Under the pieces are notes generated by a model that saw only the letters and a program-made list of their open reading frames with translations, was not told the DNA's origin and made no database searches. Source: Octopus vulgaris (lineage: Eukaryota). Taken from it: a DNA stretch of 64,000 bases. Both the position numbers and the translations under genes were made by a program. The number at the start of each line of letters is the position of its first letter. Within the stretch, counting starts at the first letter, position 1. Below, piece after piece: positions 1-12,499 of this stretch. The stretch covers positions 75,268,001-75,332,000 of the forward strand of contig OX597820.1 in NCBI GenBank assembly GCA_951406725.2. The letters run 5' to 3'.

Positions 1-124
1 GAAAGATCTATTTGATTTCAAAACAATTAGATATACGTAAAAACATTCAAGCAACCTTAAGCATATTTGATATAGTAAAACATGAGCGTTCATTACAAAG
101 TGTTTTACAGAATATCTTTCTCGT

Positions 125-330
125 GATGGCAAGTCGGCAGAATCATTAGCCCATGGAACAAAAATGCTTACCGGCACTTCACCTGCTTCTTTACGATCCG
201 AGTTCAAATCCGGCTGGGGACAACTCTACTATCCATCCCTTGGGGTCGATGGAATAAAGCACAACCCCAGCATTGAAGATGATATAACAGATCGGACCCT
301 TCTCCTTGAAATCGCTTGCTTTGAGCCTTG
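125..330 (+). mobile_element. Degenerate tRNA-derived SINE, family B
   Basis: ggcagaatcattagc A-box-like, gagttcaaatcc B-box and catcccttggggtcgat core; aligns by eye to the copies at 3461-4077. Confidence 0.7.
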
Positions 331-1448
331 CAACAGATCGGTCTCCCTTTCAGGTGGAATGCTGTCACCTCGATTACCCATACGTCATGAAACCTGCTAA
401 TCGGTGTTAAATATCGAAGGAGCTGAGAAATGTTTTACAGACTACTTCTAAATTGAAAAACTCGTTAAGACGAATAATTTCATCTCCTATATTTATTCAG
501 ATTATCATTGGCAGTATTACTTGTATATAACTGATTCTGTACTACTATTGTTATAGCTTCTGCTCATAAGAAATGAATGGCCTCAAGTAACTTCGAAGAA
601 AACTCTCCCCAACACTCGTCACCCTTATCATGTTGCCCTCCTCAACGGACCTAACTGAACATTATCAACATATTTTCCCTTTCTTTGAAGTTTTAATCTT
701 TGAAATGTTTCTTATGCGACATCGATTTGTTACTATCCTAGAAGAATAGAGAGATTTTCCATCTTACTCGTATCGGAAGGCATCCGAATGCCTTGGACCG
801 AATTATTATCCCTAATACAAAGCAGATTTGCTGTCTCCAGATGTTATTGCTAAGCTGTTGCTACACAAGAAAAGCAGTAACAATGACTGTGTTCTGTTTA
901 AAAACGAATGGAAAGTAAACATTCTCAGGTCAATTAAGCCCCACTTTTAGTCTATTAATCTGTCTACTTAAACCATGACTGTGCAGTAGTAATTGAAATC
1001 AATTCATTGTAGCAACCCTGTTATTTTACTCAACATAAAATATTATAAGTATAGAAATATTGAAGCGCTAATACAGGAACGTTCTTTCTTTTTTCTTTTA
1101 ATTTTTGTGAAAAACAAAATTTGCGCTGTAAAAAAATACTGGTGTAGAGCGCTTAACTTGAAGCCTGTTAAAGTGTCTCAAGAATGTCGGAAGCAGAGTA
1201 AGTGTTTCAAAGAATCTACCTAAGTCGATAGCGGTTATTGACTTCAGTTGGAATAACGAAGGCGATGCTTTTTGCGTAACAATTATTTGACTGAATTAAA
1301 CGATTCTGTTCTTCTTCAATAAGCTACTAGCACTGCTTCCTAGTTTCGTGGGAAATAGCATACGTTGAACATAAATGTAAAAGTGAGCACATAATAATTA
1401 GCACAATTTAAATTAATATACAAGTTGCAGCATCCACCCCACAAAAAA

Positions 1449-1492
1449 ATAATAATGATAATAATAACAACAACAACAACAACAACAACAAT

Positions 1493-1535
<43 letters not shown>

Positions 1536-1549
1536 TCAACAAAAATAAA

Positions 1550-1632
<83 letters not shown>

Positions 1633-1635
1633 TAA
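1449..1635. repeat. Compound (AAC)n/(AAT)n microsatellite
   Basis: Direct reading. Confidence 0.97.
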
Positions 1636-1835
1636 AACGAAACAAAGGAATTACTGATTAGGTTACATTTGACGGCATTGTACATATCTTATCTACATTC
1701 ATTAAAAAAAAATACAATTTCTTGTTAACTTTTCCATACTGATTACAGGAAACAACAGCAGATTTTGTCAGTTATACATTGTTCTTCATGCGTACTATCT
1801 GTCCCTCTATTTTACCTTCTACCTCCCTTCCTCTT

Positions 1836-1880
1836 TCTATACCTATCTATCTATCTTTCTATCTATCTATCTATCTATCC

Positions 1881-1924
<44 letters not shown>

Positions 1925-1964
1925 GTATATCTAGCTGTCTGTCTATCTATCCCTCTAGCTATCC

Positions 1965-2019
<55 letters not shown>

Positions 2020-2212
2020 GATCTATTTTCTATCTATACCTATCTATCCATCTATCTACGTATCTATCTACCTATCTCTTTATCTATCTATCTTTCAACC
2101 TACCTATCTATTTGTCTATTTTTCTGTCTATCTATCTCTTTATCTCTCTATCTCTCAATCTATCTATCTATCTATTTATCAATCTATATATATGTCTATC
2201 TATCTATCTCTA
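1836..2212. repeat. Interrupted (CTAT)n microsatellite
   Basis: Direct reading. Confidence 0.97.
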
Positions 2213-2334
2213 TGGATAGAATTGGTCACGACAGTGAACTTCCATCGAAAACTCATGGACATAGGTGACATAATAATCCAACTGCTTGTTTCTTGCACAA
2301 TCCTGTGCAATAAACTCGATCAAATAAGCCTAAC

Positions 2335-2690
2335 AACAGATATAGGAATTAGAATCTCCTCTGGTTCAACCCAATTTTCGCTTCGCATGTTTCAACCATG
2401 ATCGTTGGAAAATTTATTACCGCTTTGGACAAACGTTTTCCTAAATGTAATCGATGTCATGCTATTTTTAATCGGTACACCATAAAAGTATCCTACGCTA
2501 AATTAACTCTGCTAATTTAGACCAGCTTATGCTCCGCAAAAACAATTGTAAAATGCGACAAAGTTTCAATAACCCACCTACTAGATCTAGCGAACATACG
2601 CATCTAAATACCAAAGAAGGAGATGTAAAATGCAATGAAAAACACCAATTACCGCTAAGTTGTAATATTAGAAATGTTTATGAAACAGCT
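2335..2690 (+). mobile_element. Decayed Penelope-like element (Neptune-type) ORF fragment, RT thumb to GIY-YIG linker
   Basis: Translates as NLLWFNPIFASHVSTMIVGKFITALDKRFPKCNRCHAIFNRYTIKVSY, matching the PLE motif IIWFNPP...IGK.FL.L.DKHFP....L.KIFNR.T.KVSY; stops and frameshifts are present. Confidence 0.8.
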
Positions 2691-2699
2691 TCCTCGGTA

Positions 2700-2746
2700 A
2701 CAACTGATGAAGATTAAACGAATCTGAAATCAGCGGTGTTATGACT
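2700..2746 (+). ncRNA. Minimal type I hammerhead ribozyme motif, copy 1 (degenerate)
   Basis: CTGATGA(2704-2710)-AGATT/aaacg/AATCT stem II-GAAA-TCAGCGGTGTTA (decayed palindromic stem III). Confidence 0.65.
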
Positions 2747-3041
2747 CCATGTCACTTGTCGTAAGGAGGAAGCTTGTTTCTCTTGTCAATTGTTAGAATA
2801 CTGCTCTCACGTGACTAAGAGTTGTTCTGTCTCTTATTTCTAGCAATGATGATGCTCAGTAGCACCCTCCGTCAGTTTAGGGATGATTCTATCCGTTGCC
2901 TTTCGGTTGTTAACTGAGAATAGCTACCTGAATAATTTATAATTCTCACGTCACCATTTCGGAACTCATTATTTTCTATGGCAGTCTCTATAAGACTGAC
3001 AAGGTGAGATAAGTTCTTTAACCCTCGGTGATAAAGAAAAA

Positions 3042-3090
3042 GGTCCCTGATGAAGATTAATCTAATCTGAAATCGGCGCTGATATAATTC
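3042..3090 (+). ncRNA. Minimal type I hammerhead ribozyme motif, copy 2
   Basis: CTGATGA(3047-3053)-AGATTA/atc/TAATCT-GAAA-TCGGCGCTGA-TA; near-palindromic stem III, predicted AUA cleavage after 3084; stem I weak. Confidence 0.75.
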
Positions 3091-3460
3091 TATCTCGCTC
3101 GTCTTAGGAAGGGAGTTTGTCTCCCTTGTCAGTCATTAGAAAAGTAATTTCACGAAAATATATCCGACTTATAATATAAGCATTAATATTTAATGTTCCT
3201 CAACTTGCAACAGGCTCTCCTTTGAATTTACAACTGACTATACAATAATCTTTTAAAATATTCTCGAGGGAAAGAGTTCGTTGTGACAACCTACAGAATC
3301 TACGTTTATATATAATAGGGCACAGAAGAGGAAAATCTGCCAAGATTAAAATATTACTCTGTGTGTTGGACTTTCAAATAAATTCCCTTTCTTTTATTTG
3401 ATTTAATTTAATCCTCTTTTGTCAACATTTTTACAAATCAGTCAATATATTCTCCTTCTT

Positions 3461-4077
3461 AAGGCGGCGAGCTGGCAGAAACGTTAGCACGCTAGGCGAA
3501 ATGCTTAGCGGTATTTCGTCTGCCGTTACGTTCTGAGTTAAAATTCCACCAAGGTCAACTTTGCTTTTCATCCTTTCGAGGTCGATTAAATAAGTACCAA
3601 TTACGCACTGGAGTCGATATAATCGACTTAATCCGTTTGTCTGTCTTTGTTTGACCCTTCTGTGTGTAGCCCCTTGTGGGCAGTAAAGAAATAGGTATTT
3701 CGTCTGCCGCTACGTTATGAGTCCAAATTCCGACGAGGTCGACTTTGCCTTTCATCCTTTCGGGGTCGATAAATTAAGCACCAGTTATGCACTGGGGTCG
3801 ATTTAATCGACTTAATCCCTTTGTCTATCCTTGTTTGTCCCCCCTATGTTTAGCTCCTTGTGGGTAATAAAGAAATAAGAAACGTTAGCACGCCCGATGA
3901 AATGCTTAGCGATATTTTGTCTGTCTTTACGTTCTGAGTTCAAATTCCACCGAGCTCAACTTTACCTTTCACCCTTTCGGGGTCAGTATATTAAGTACCA
4001 GTTGCGTACTGGGGTCGACATAATCGACTAGCCCCTCCCCCAAAAGTTTGGGCCTTGTGCCTAGAATAGAAAACAAT
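3461..4077 (+). mobile_element. Trimeric tRNA-derived SINE, family B (Meta-domain-like core)
   Basis: Head ggcggcgagctggcagaaacgttagc, B-box gagttcaaattcc, three repeats of the core ttcatcctttcggggtcgataaattaagtaccag; two different tails. Confidence 0.9.
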
Positions 4078-4124
4078 ATATTCTCTTTCATTTTTCACCA
4101 TTCCTTGCCGACCACCTACTAGTC

Positions 4125-4224
4125 CAGTGGTTCCCAACCTTTACACAGTGGTTCCCATCAGTGCTTCCCAACCTTTTTATTTAAATGAGTTTTTCCAATG
4201 GACCGCATTTAATATGCTTATCCT

Positions 4225-4281
<57 letters not shown>

Positions 4282-4371
4282 TTGTATGCGATCTTTAATT
4301 TAGTTCACAAACCCCCAAAACCACCTTTGCGGACAACCAGGGGTCTGCGGACACCAGGTTTGAAACTACTG
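4125..4371. mobile_element. hAT-type MITE
   Basis: TIRs cagtggttcccaacct / aggtttgaaactactg; 8-bp TSD tactagtc / gactagtc (1 mismatch). Confidence 0.8.
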
Positions 4372-5779
4372 GACTAGTCTGTCAATGCATTGACTGCAGA
4401 AATCACCGGATATTGATTCGAAGAATCCAAATAACATGAGAAAGAAACGAACTAATTTATCTAACAACCCAATAGAAGTAGCAGCTGGGCGATAAATTAT
4501 AGTGCATGGTCCTCAGTAAGACGGTCATAAGGTGGCACCAGGATGCTCATGCAACAGCATAGATATCAATCAAAGTTTGAGGATTTCTGACCTATTGTTC
4601 TTTAATTCTAATAACCAGAAATGACTTATATATCTGAAACTTCCAAACATTTCGGATGTTTTTTTATATTCCTAGCTGTAGCACTGACCATAATCATACT
4701 TGCTATATATGAATTCAGCGAACGTTTAACTACCCTATACCTCACGCAGTTATTCTTCCACAGAATTACTTTCCATTTTAACATTTCACACGCGGTAACG
4801 TTACTTCAAAAGCTACAATGAACATTAATCAAACTAACTTCACTTTATTATCCATCTGTCTCGAAAGGTGTGAAAAATTATTGGCAATGTACCATTGTAA
4901 GCAGACTGCCGAAATAAACACTCTTTCAATGACAACAACTGCATGGCTAGCTAAAATATAGAAAACGCCTGCTACTACTGTTTCACTAAAATAAAGAATA
5001 TAGATAATAGCAAGGAAAATAGTGCAAAGTACAGCTGAATGTGACGATAAACAATTACTGCAGAGATATAAATATAGAGAAGAATGTGAAGGTCAGCAAT
5101 GATAGAGGTAATTGCAGACTAAGCAGGAGCAGCTGCTTCAATAATGACCGCATCAAACGGCAAATAAAATAATGTGGATGAGATAAACAACTTCAATAGA
5201 TAACAGAAGCGATTTTCCTGGCGACATTAGTTGCTGAAGAGGCGTTTATCTTGACAGAAAAGACCTTCCATTTTTTTCTTCCTCTTAAGAAGCAAGGATT
5301 CAAGAAGAAAGCTACATTAGCTGTATTTGCCAACATTATTTTTCCTGCCAATTAAACCTACTATAAGTAGTTTGAGAAATATTAAGAGTCTATAAAAATA
5401 TCAATTAAAAGGGATTAACGCTATACCATTCATGTTACCTAAGGGCAGAAATTTTGGACAATAACTACTTAGTGATAGAAAGAACGAGTTCATATATTTT
5501 CTGTATAAGGAGATTTATAAACATTCAATAGCTATAATGTTTTTTTAATAAGAAAAGAAATGCTATATGAGGGGTGGGGCAGATTGATTACTATTTACTG
5601 TATTTTTTATTTTGAACAAAATAATATTTTTTACAAATATTCACTACCTTACAAAAATTATTAGCTAAGCGAATGACCTTCTTTAAATGCAAAAAAGACC
5701 CCACAATAATACATTCAGAACTCTATTTCAAAAAATTATCTCCGTTATCTTTGAGCGTATAAATAACAAACTTTAGCTG

Positions 5780-6200
5780 GGACAAAATGAGTAAAAAGAG
5801 GCAAATTTGCCTCTTTAATTCCACAGAATTACATTTGAAAACAGACTCATACTCATCAATGTTCATCCTTCGTCATCAGTAAAATCAAAAATGTAACCAA
5901 TATTTAAATTGCTAGGTCGAATGAAAGAGGATCAGGGAAAAATAGCACATGATACAAAATTAACGAAATTTGACGAAATCTAAAGACTCAACGTAAAATA
6001 TTCTTTAAATCTCCGCGATCTGTAGGAGTGATTCTTCTTGACATATTCACACACAATGGAGTTATATAGAAACAAATTACTGAAATTAGACGTTATCCAT
6101 TTTGCTCCAGTTCAGACACCATTTTTTGAAAATTGAGAATTATCGAATTGGATATTATGTGGAAAGAAACTGACTTGAAATTGAAAAGTAGAAAAGAATA
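5780..6200 (+). mobile_element. Possible heavily decayed LINE AP-endonuclease remnant
   Basis: Fragments LILINVHPSS and KIFFKSP..VILLDIF...IRRYPFCSSSD resemble INVYAP and LD..SDH motifs; many stops. Confidence 0.25.
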
Positions 6201-6574
6201 TAGAATGTTTAAACACCAAAAACAATCCAGTTACTTTATTAGAAACCTCACTTAAATTGGGTCAAAGTTGAGGAAAAAATTCTTGAAATTCGTGCCTCTC
6301 ATATAACTATGTTGCAAACTCTCTCCATCTCAACAATAACAACTATGCTGACCCATTTTGACTCCCAAAGATGATGCAACAGGACAAAATAATGCTGCAA
6401 CACATGAAAGGAAGTTATTCTTTCAAACGGATAGGAAGAAAATAACGAGAAATCTGAAATTACTCAAAAGACTCGGTTAACAGCCACCCTTACTCGAGAG
6501 AAGAAATATCGCTGTACTTAGTGGAAAGAATCTAACAACATACTGGAACTAAAACAATAACGTAAAGTAAATAA

Positions 6575-6792
6575 GACAAACACATACACACAAACACACG
6601 CAGACAGACACACACGCACACAAACACACACGCACACGCACACACATGCACACCCACACACAGACACAGATACACACACACACATGGACGCACGCATGCA
6701 CACAGACACACGCACAGACACACACACGGACGCACACATGCATACACACACGTACACACACGCACACATCACACACGCATACAGATACACAC

Positions 6793-6832
<40 letters not shown>
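6575..6832. repeat. (CA)n-like plus (TA)n microsatellite
   Basis: Direct reading. Confidence 0.95.
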
Positions 6833-6836
<4 letters not shown>

Positions 6837-7982
6837 TTCATTTGAATTAGGTACTTAATTTGAAGCGCGAAGTCAGTCCGGTATTATCCGCACAGTTCGA
6901 AGTCAGGTGAATAAAATCAAAAGAAGCAACAGCATATCAAGAAGTATTGCAGTACGATCGTTTTAAGGGGTTCCATTTAATTGAACAATGCAATAATTAC
7001 ATCAATTTCAAAACAATGCTATCTTCAGCTGCACAAATGAATAAAGGGAATCTTAACAAGTAGGACACATTAATATAATTTTTTCTTAAATATTTCAACA
7101 GAGTAAGAAGATAGAAGAAATTCATGTTAATCGCTATTGTATCTAGGAATAGACTACAACTTCTAAGAATCGCATGGAGCATTGTGGGGTCATAGGATTG
7201 TGACGGTTGTAAATTAATTCTAATTCTTTATCAACTACTACATCTGAAACTAGAAGATATTCTATTTAAAAAAAGACAAGAATGAGTTGACAACTCATGG
7301 CTAGGTATGGTCATAAGTATTATCATAAGCGTTTCCTTTCCCCAGGGAGGAAATAATACATTAGCAGCAGTCAGCTAGGGGGGGGGGGGGGTTATAAACA
7401 ATATTGTTATGTTATATATAAATAAATTTTAAGAGTTCCAAAAATGATATCATAACCAAATTTGGTAAAAGATGTGTATATTTCAATTAAAAACATTAAA
7501 ACGGAAGAGAGAGAAAGAGAGAGAGAGAGGAAGTTGAATAAGAAGGAAGAAACAGATTACTTAGATATAGAAAGCCCCCTTTCCTACCGAATTGTATGCG
7601 TGGGAAAATAACCAAGGCCAGCCTCTGCAGAGAGACAAATAACACGATTGGTAATAACCTTCATAATTTGGTACACTATAAAATATCTTTGAGATATGTT
7701 GAGATTTCGCCATTGATCTATAATTTACTACAAGCTATATCTGATGGCCAATCAAAAATATTCAATATAGAACGTTAAGTCATGTGCATAGGCATCGATA
7801 TTAAACATTAGTTAATTCGATCATATCCGTCTGTGAAATACACATACACACGCATACACACACATATGCGTATATATATAGGTAATATACACACCTATAT
7901 ATATAAAGTAATATACATACATACACTCACACATACATTTGCAGGTATATAAATGTATAAGCATATATGTATATATATGTGC

Positions 7983-8067
<85 letters not shown>

Positions 8068-9224
8068 TGTTAAATTTTGTATTTTTTGACAATTGTCAAC
8101 TTCTAAAGATTTACAATTTTTGATATATAAATTCATATATGAATTTATGGTCTGGGAAGCGATAGTAATGCTTGCTATGCTGCGAAATTATGAATGATTT
8201 TTGTTATATTTCAGCTGATGGAAATCACACCTAATCCTTCAACAGCCAGAAGTATTATTTATCGAAGATTCAGCAGAAATAATTCTTGACTAACAAAATA
8301 TTTTCTGGTGACAAACAAGTTTCGTTAAACTAGTGTTTTCGCTAGAGACAATGTTTCGTTTTTACCCAATGGCAATCAATATTAAATAGCTGCGCAAGAA
8401 AGCGTTTGTGTGGTGTGGTGGTGGTAGTAATGGTGGTGGTGTGGTGTGGTGGTGGTAGTAATGGTGGTGGTGTGTGTGTGTTTGTGTTTGTTTGTGTGTG
8501 TGTTTGTGTATGTGCGGTCTACATGGCTATTCAAACTCTCGATGCTATAGACGAAAATCCTGCTGGTGCTAAGTATTAAATAGTTTTTACTATGAAAACA
8601 TTTCTGCGTATTATATGTTTGTCATTATACATATGTGTGTACGTGCACGCGGGTGTATGTATGTATGAATGAATGCATTTATGTATGTATGTACGTAGTC
8701 ATACATGTATGTATGTATATATGCATGTATGTATGTATGTGTATGTATGTATGGTATATATATGTAGATTCTCTTCTGGATATATCCTTAAAAATATCTT
8801 AAACTAACACAAACACATAGCCTGGAAGTTACAAAGAGCTTGGAAATTTTTATGACGTATTACAATTAGACAGAGACACATACATGCGAGTACAGTCACA
8901 AAAGCACAGAGCTACGAACACATATGAATATTTTGTTAGATAACACAACTGACGCAATTGGAAATTCAAAACATAAATTCACAATGAACTTAAATATTTC
9001 TTGAAATTTTTCAACACTTTTCCAACCGGTTTCACATCTGATGCGATACTCAAACATAGAACACAGTTAAGAATGAGCTTTTTTATGTTTATCGACATGG
9101 TACGGATAACTGACAACGCATAGCAATCTATACTTTGAAGTGACTTGTTTTCAATGTTCAATATAAATTTCTAACCTGTTATTGATTTGGTGCAATGAGA
9201 AAGATTGATATTTGTGAATTTCTT

Positions 9225-9380
9225 GACTCCACAAAAGTTTGAATTTCGAAGGAGAGTGTAAGTCGATTACATCGATCCCAGTGTTCAAATAATACTCGTT
9301 TTATCGACCCGAAACGGATGAAAAGCAAAGTCAATCTCTGCGCATTTGAACTTATAATGTAAAGACGGATGAAATGCAGA
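9225..9380 (-). mobile_element. SINE family B, partial
   Basis: Reverse complement of the core (tttatcgacccgaaacggatgaaaagcaaagtc) and B-box (tttgaactt). Confidence 0.8.
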
Positions 9381-10289
9381 CGCTTCTGTGCGTAAACACT
9401 TTTCATAAACAGTGTATGCGCAAGTATATACACACATTATGATATTAGTTGTCGAATTATTTTGCTTAATTTTTACTCAATGGTACAGACTGAGAGATGT
9501 CCTACTTCCTTCATTTAAGCTATGATCCCATATATTATAGAGATCGACATTGCCACTCACTTCTTTGCCATATGTTAATAAAATGATAGAAGTATTATTC
9601 TGTGATGATGCATTTTTATGTTTGACTACTCCTCAAATTTCGCTTCGCACCTGAGAAAGCTTTATAAACTCGTCTGGTGGCGCAAAAATTCGTTCAGTAT
9701 TGCCATATATTTTATTCATAATATAAAATAGTATTTTAACTCTTAGATTTATAACGCTAGTGAATTTTTAATTGAACTGTGAAAATAACAACAGCTTTGA
9801 TATATGATCGGATATTATACTAAACCTAAAAGAGAGAAATTGCATTAATATTTTATGATGAAATCACCATAATAATTGGCTTTTAACGAACCACGATGAA
9901 AAGAATTATGAGTGACGTAATGACAATCTATCCTACCTCTCCTGATGTATGACTCTCTTGGTGATAATTTTCAACTAATACCGATCCACAGGAGATGTAT
10001 TATCATTTAATAAACGTTTCCCGAAAAAAGCCTTTATTGAAGCTGGTCTTCTGAGTCAATATTTTAGGCTAGATTTTCCAGAAAAATTATTAAAACAAGA
10101 AATTAAAATACTTCAGAAACAGATAATTTTTATTTAATGCGTATTTTTTCCTTTTTGAAATATAATGGTCCTTAATGTAATGCATCGGATATTGACTATA
10201 TATAATATTTATATTTTTGAGACGTTAGTGTCTTAGCAAAATATTTTTTTAGAAATTTCTGTCGTAGAATTTATACCATTATCGCCATC

Positions 10290-10397
10290 ACAGAATTGCC
10301 GAGCAAAATGCTTGGCAGCAATTCACTTTGATTTAACGTTCTGAGTTCCAGATTGCTTTCCATCCACAGATGTCGATGTGTTGTTGTTGTTGTTGTT

Positions 10398-10429
<32 letters not shown>

Positions 10430-10434
10430 TATCA

Positions 10435-10487
<53 letters not shown>

Positions 10488-10520
10488 GTTGTTGTTGTTG
10501 TTGTTGTTTTTGTTGTCGTC
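10290..10520 (+). repeat. SINE B 5' fragment followed by a compound (GTT)n(CAT)n(TTA)n microsatellite
   Basis: acgttctgagttccagatt B-box remnant, then triplet arrays from 10379. Confidence 0.8.
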
Positions 10521-11370
10521 GTCTTTGCACAGTTTCTAACGCTGAACGCTAGAGATGTACTACGGTGCCACCTGTTCATATCAGTGAACTAAGGTAACAC
10601 CACTTATTTTACGAGCAACTTCTGGAGTATTCGAGCGGCTCTATGCAGTGCTGCTTTCTGAAAGTGCTCCACCCTTATTGCAGGCCCCTATCTGTCCCCT
10701 GTACTTCTCAAGTTTTGAACCACTGTTCCCAAGCTTCCAACAATTAGTGGTACACCTTTTTCATCGATCACAACTACTTAACCTCCAAAGCTAACCTGTC
10801 ATACCTATCGACTCTTCTTTCTATCTTATCGCATATCTTGTTGTAAGCTGGGCATGCTATGTCTATGATCCAGCATCGTTTGCTTCTTTTCTCAATCAAG
10901 ACTATGTTCGGCTTCCTATTCTGTCTCTCATGGCCGCACTGAATCATAAAATCCCACAGGATCTTTGCATTATCATTTTCGATGATGCTTTCAGGTTTAT
11001 ATTCCTACAACTTTTTTTAATCTGTCAAGTCCATACTTGTTGCAAAATGTCCGGAGTACAATCCTTGCTATAACGTCATGACGTCTCTTATATTCTTTCT
11101 GGGCTAGTGGCGTACATTGACTGGTAATATGCCATACGGTTTCACCATTTTGTCCATAGATTCTACATTTATCACTTTCTGATGTGTTGGCTATTCTGTA
11201 TTTGATCTAATTCGTTCATAGTGCTTGCTCTTGGACAGCACAGATTAGAGCCTCCATTTCTGGTCTTAAATCACTTTTAGTCATCCATAGCCATCTTTGT
11301 TTTCTCTGTCTGTCTTATCTTCAACATCCCTATGAAATTGTCCATGTATTGTTTTCTTTATACACGTATT
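10521..11370 (-). mobile_element. R4/Dong-like non-LTR retrotransposon 3' fragment (CCHC zinc finger + restriction-like endonuclease)
   Basis: Minus strand gives CRIYGQNGETVWHITSQCTPLAQKEYKRRHDVIA...ILWDFMIQC...RKPNIVLI and ends FQKAAL..AARILQK; 3' end abuts the triplet microsatellite. Confidence 0.85.
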
Positions 11371-11666
11371 TTCAGGCAGGACGGGTTAGTCTGTCGGCCG
11401 AGTCTGTAGTGATCGACTCACTGCCGCCCACTATCAATCGGGCAGGCAAGGCAGTTTTCCTTTGCTTGGTGGCTGTGGTGAAAGAGGCTGAAAAAAATGA
11501 GGACAGGTACATTCCTCTTTGATAGAGTTCTCATTGACTTCTTCAAGTTTCGCTTGAAAAAGGAAACTGAGAGGGGAGAGGGAAGGACTGTCTTCGAGTG
11601 AGTTTATTGAAAGGTGAGTGAAAGTTAAGGAAATGGCAAGAGTGGATGGTACCTTTCTAAGTTTAA

Positions 11667-11886
11667 GAATCGTTAGCACGTCGGGCGAAATGCTTAGCGG
11701 TATTTCGGTTGCCGTTACGTTGTGAGTTCAAATTCCGCCGAGGTCGACTTTGTCTTTCATCTTTTATGGTCGGTAAATTAAGTACCAGTTACGCACTGGG
11801 GTCGATGTAATCGACTTAATCTGTTTGTCTATCCTTGTTTGTCCTCTCTGTGTTTAATCCCTTGTGGGTAATTAAGAAATAGGTAT
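11667..11886 (+). mobile_element. SINE family B with Tx1-like tail, inserted in the Tx1 fragment
   Basis: Full core; flanked by ggtacctttctaagt (11648-11662) / ggtatctttctaagt (11882-11896), a probable TSD. Confidence 0.9.
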
Positions 11887-12146
11887 CTTTCTAAGTGTAG
11901 AGCTTTGAGTCGTAGAGGGCACTTGCTCCTGGTGTTTCAGGGAAATCTCGGACAGTGGGTTCCTCGATTATCCCTAGAGGCCTTCCCCTATCAGGAGCGC
12001 CACAACTGTATCATCTTCCAGCCACTCATTATTTTAAATTTGTGTTTGCCATGCATATGTCTTTTCCTTTTCAGTGTATAAGTGTATACCTACTTTCTTT
12101 CATTTATTTTTTGTTTTATTTTATCTTTTTTTTTATCATTTCATTA

Positions 12147-12367
12147 CAGTACTCCCTCGCCAAATCGCGTTTCACCTATCGCGGTTTAATATTTAAACTT
12201 ACGTCGTTTCCTCTGTGGTGCTGTTTTGAATTCATAATAATATAAATATATACAAATTATAAAGATAATAAAAATAATGTACAGTACAGTACTGTTTCTA
12301 CTTCGCGGATTTTCACCTATGGCAGATGTTTTGGAACGTAACACCCACGATAGTCTAGTGATTACTA
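12147..12367. mobile_element. Tc1/mariner (Tigger/pogo-like) MITE
   Basis: TA|cagtactccctcgccaaatcgcg ... ccacgatagtctagtgattacta|TA: degenerate TIRs with TA duplication. Confidence 0.65.
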
Positions 12368-12499
12368 TATATGTAAATCCCCACACCTTATGTCTGTCTT
12401 AGTATTGTCCATCTCATCCTTCGCCCTTGTGGCAAATAAATGAAATAATTATTAATATTATGGGTAGTAGTTTCGTGGTGGTGATGGTGGTGGAAATTC

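Larger units (their letters stand above)
11376..12447 (+). mobile_element. Tx1-clade LINE 3' fragment (older copy), interrupted by a SINE and a MITE
   Basis: AGRVSLSAESVVIDSLPPTINRAGKAVFLCLVAVVKE...LIDFFKFRLK aligns with ORF 48548-49165; 3' end gcccttgtggcaaataaatgaaat matches 49612-49635. Confidence 0.8.

Noticed and set aside
3461-4077. Regularly recurring ~35-bp motifs resembling a CRISPR array
   Set aside because: The intervening sequences are homologous SINE units rather than unique spacers, there are no cas genes, and the context is eukaryotic
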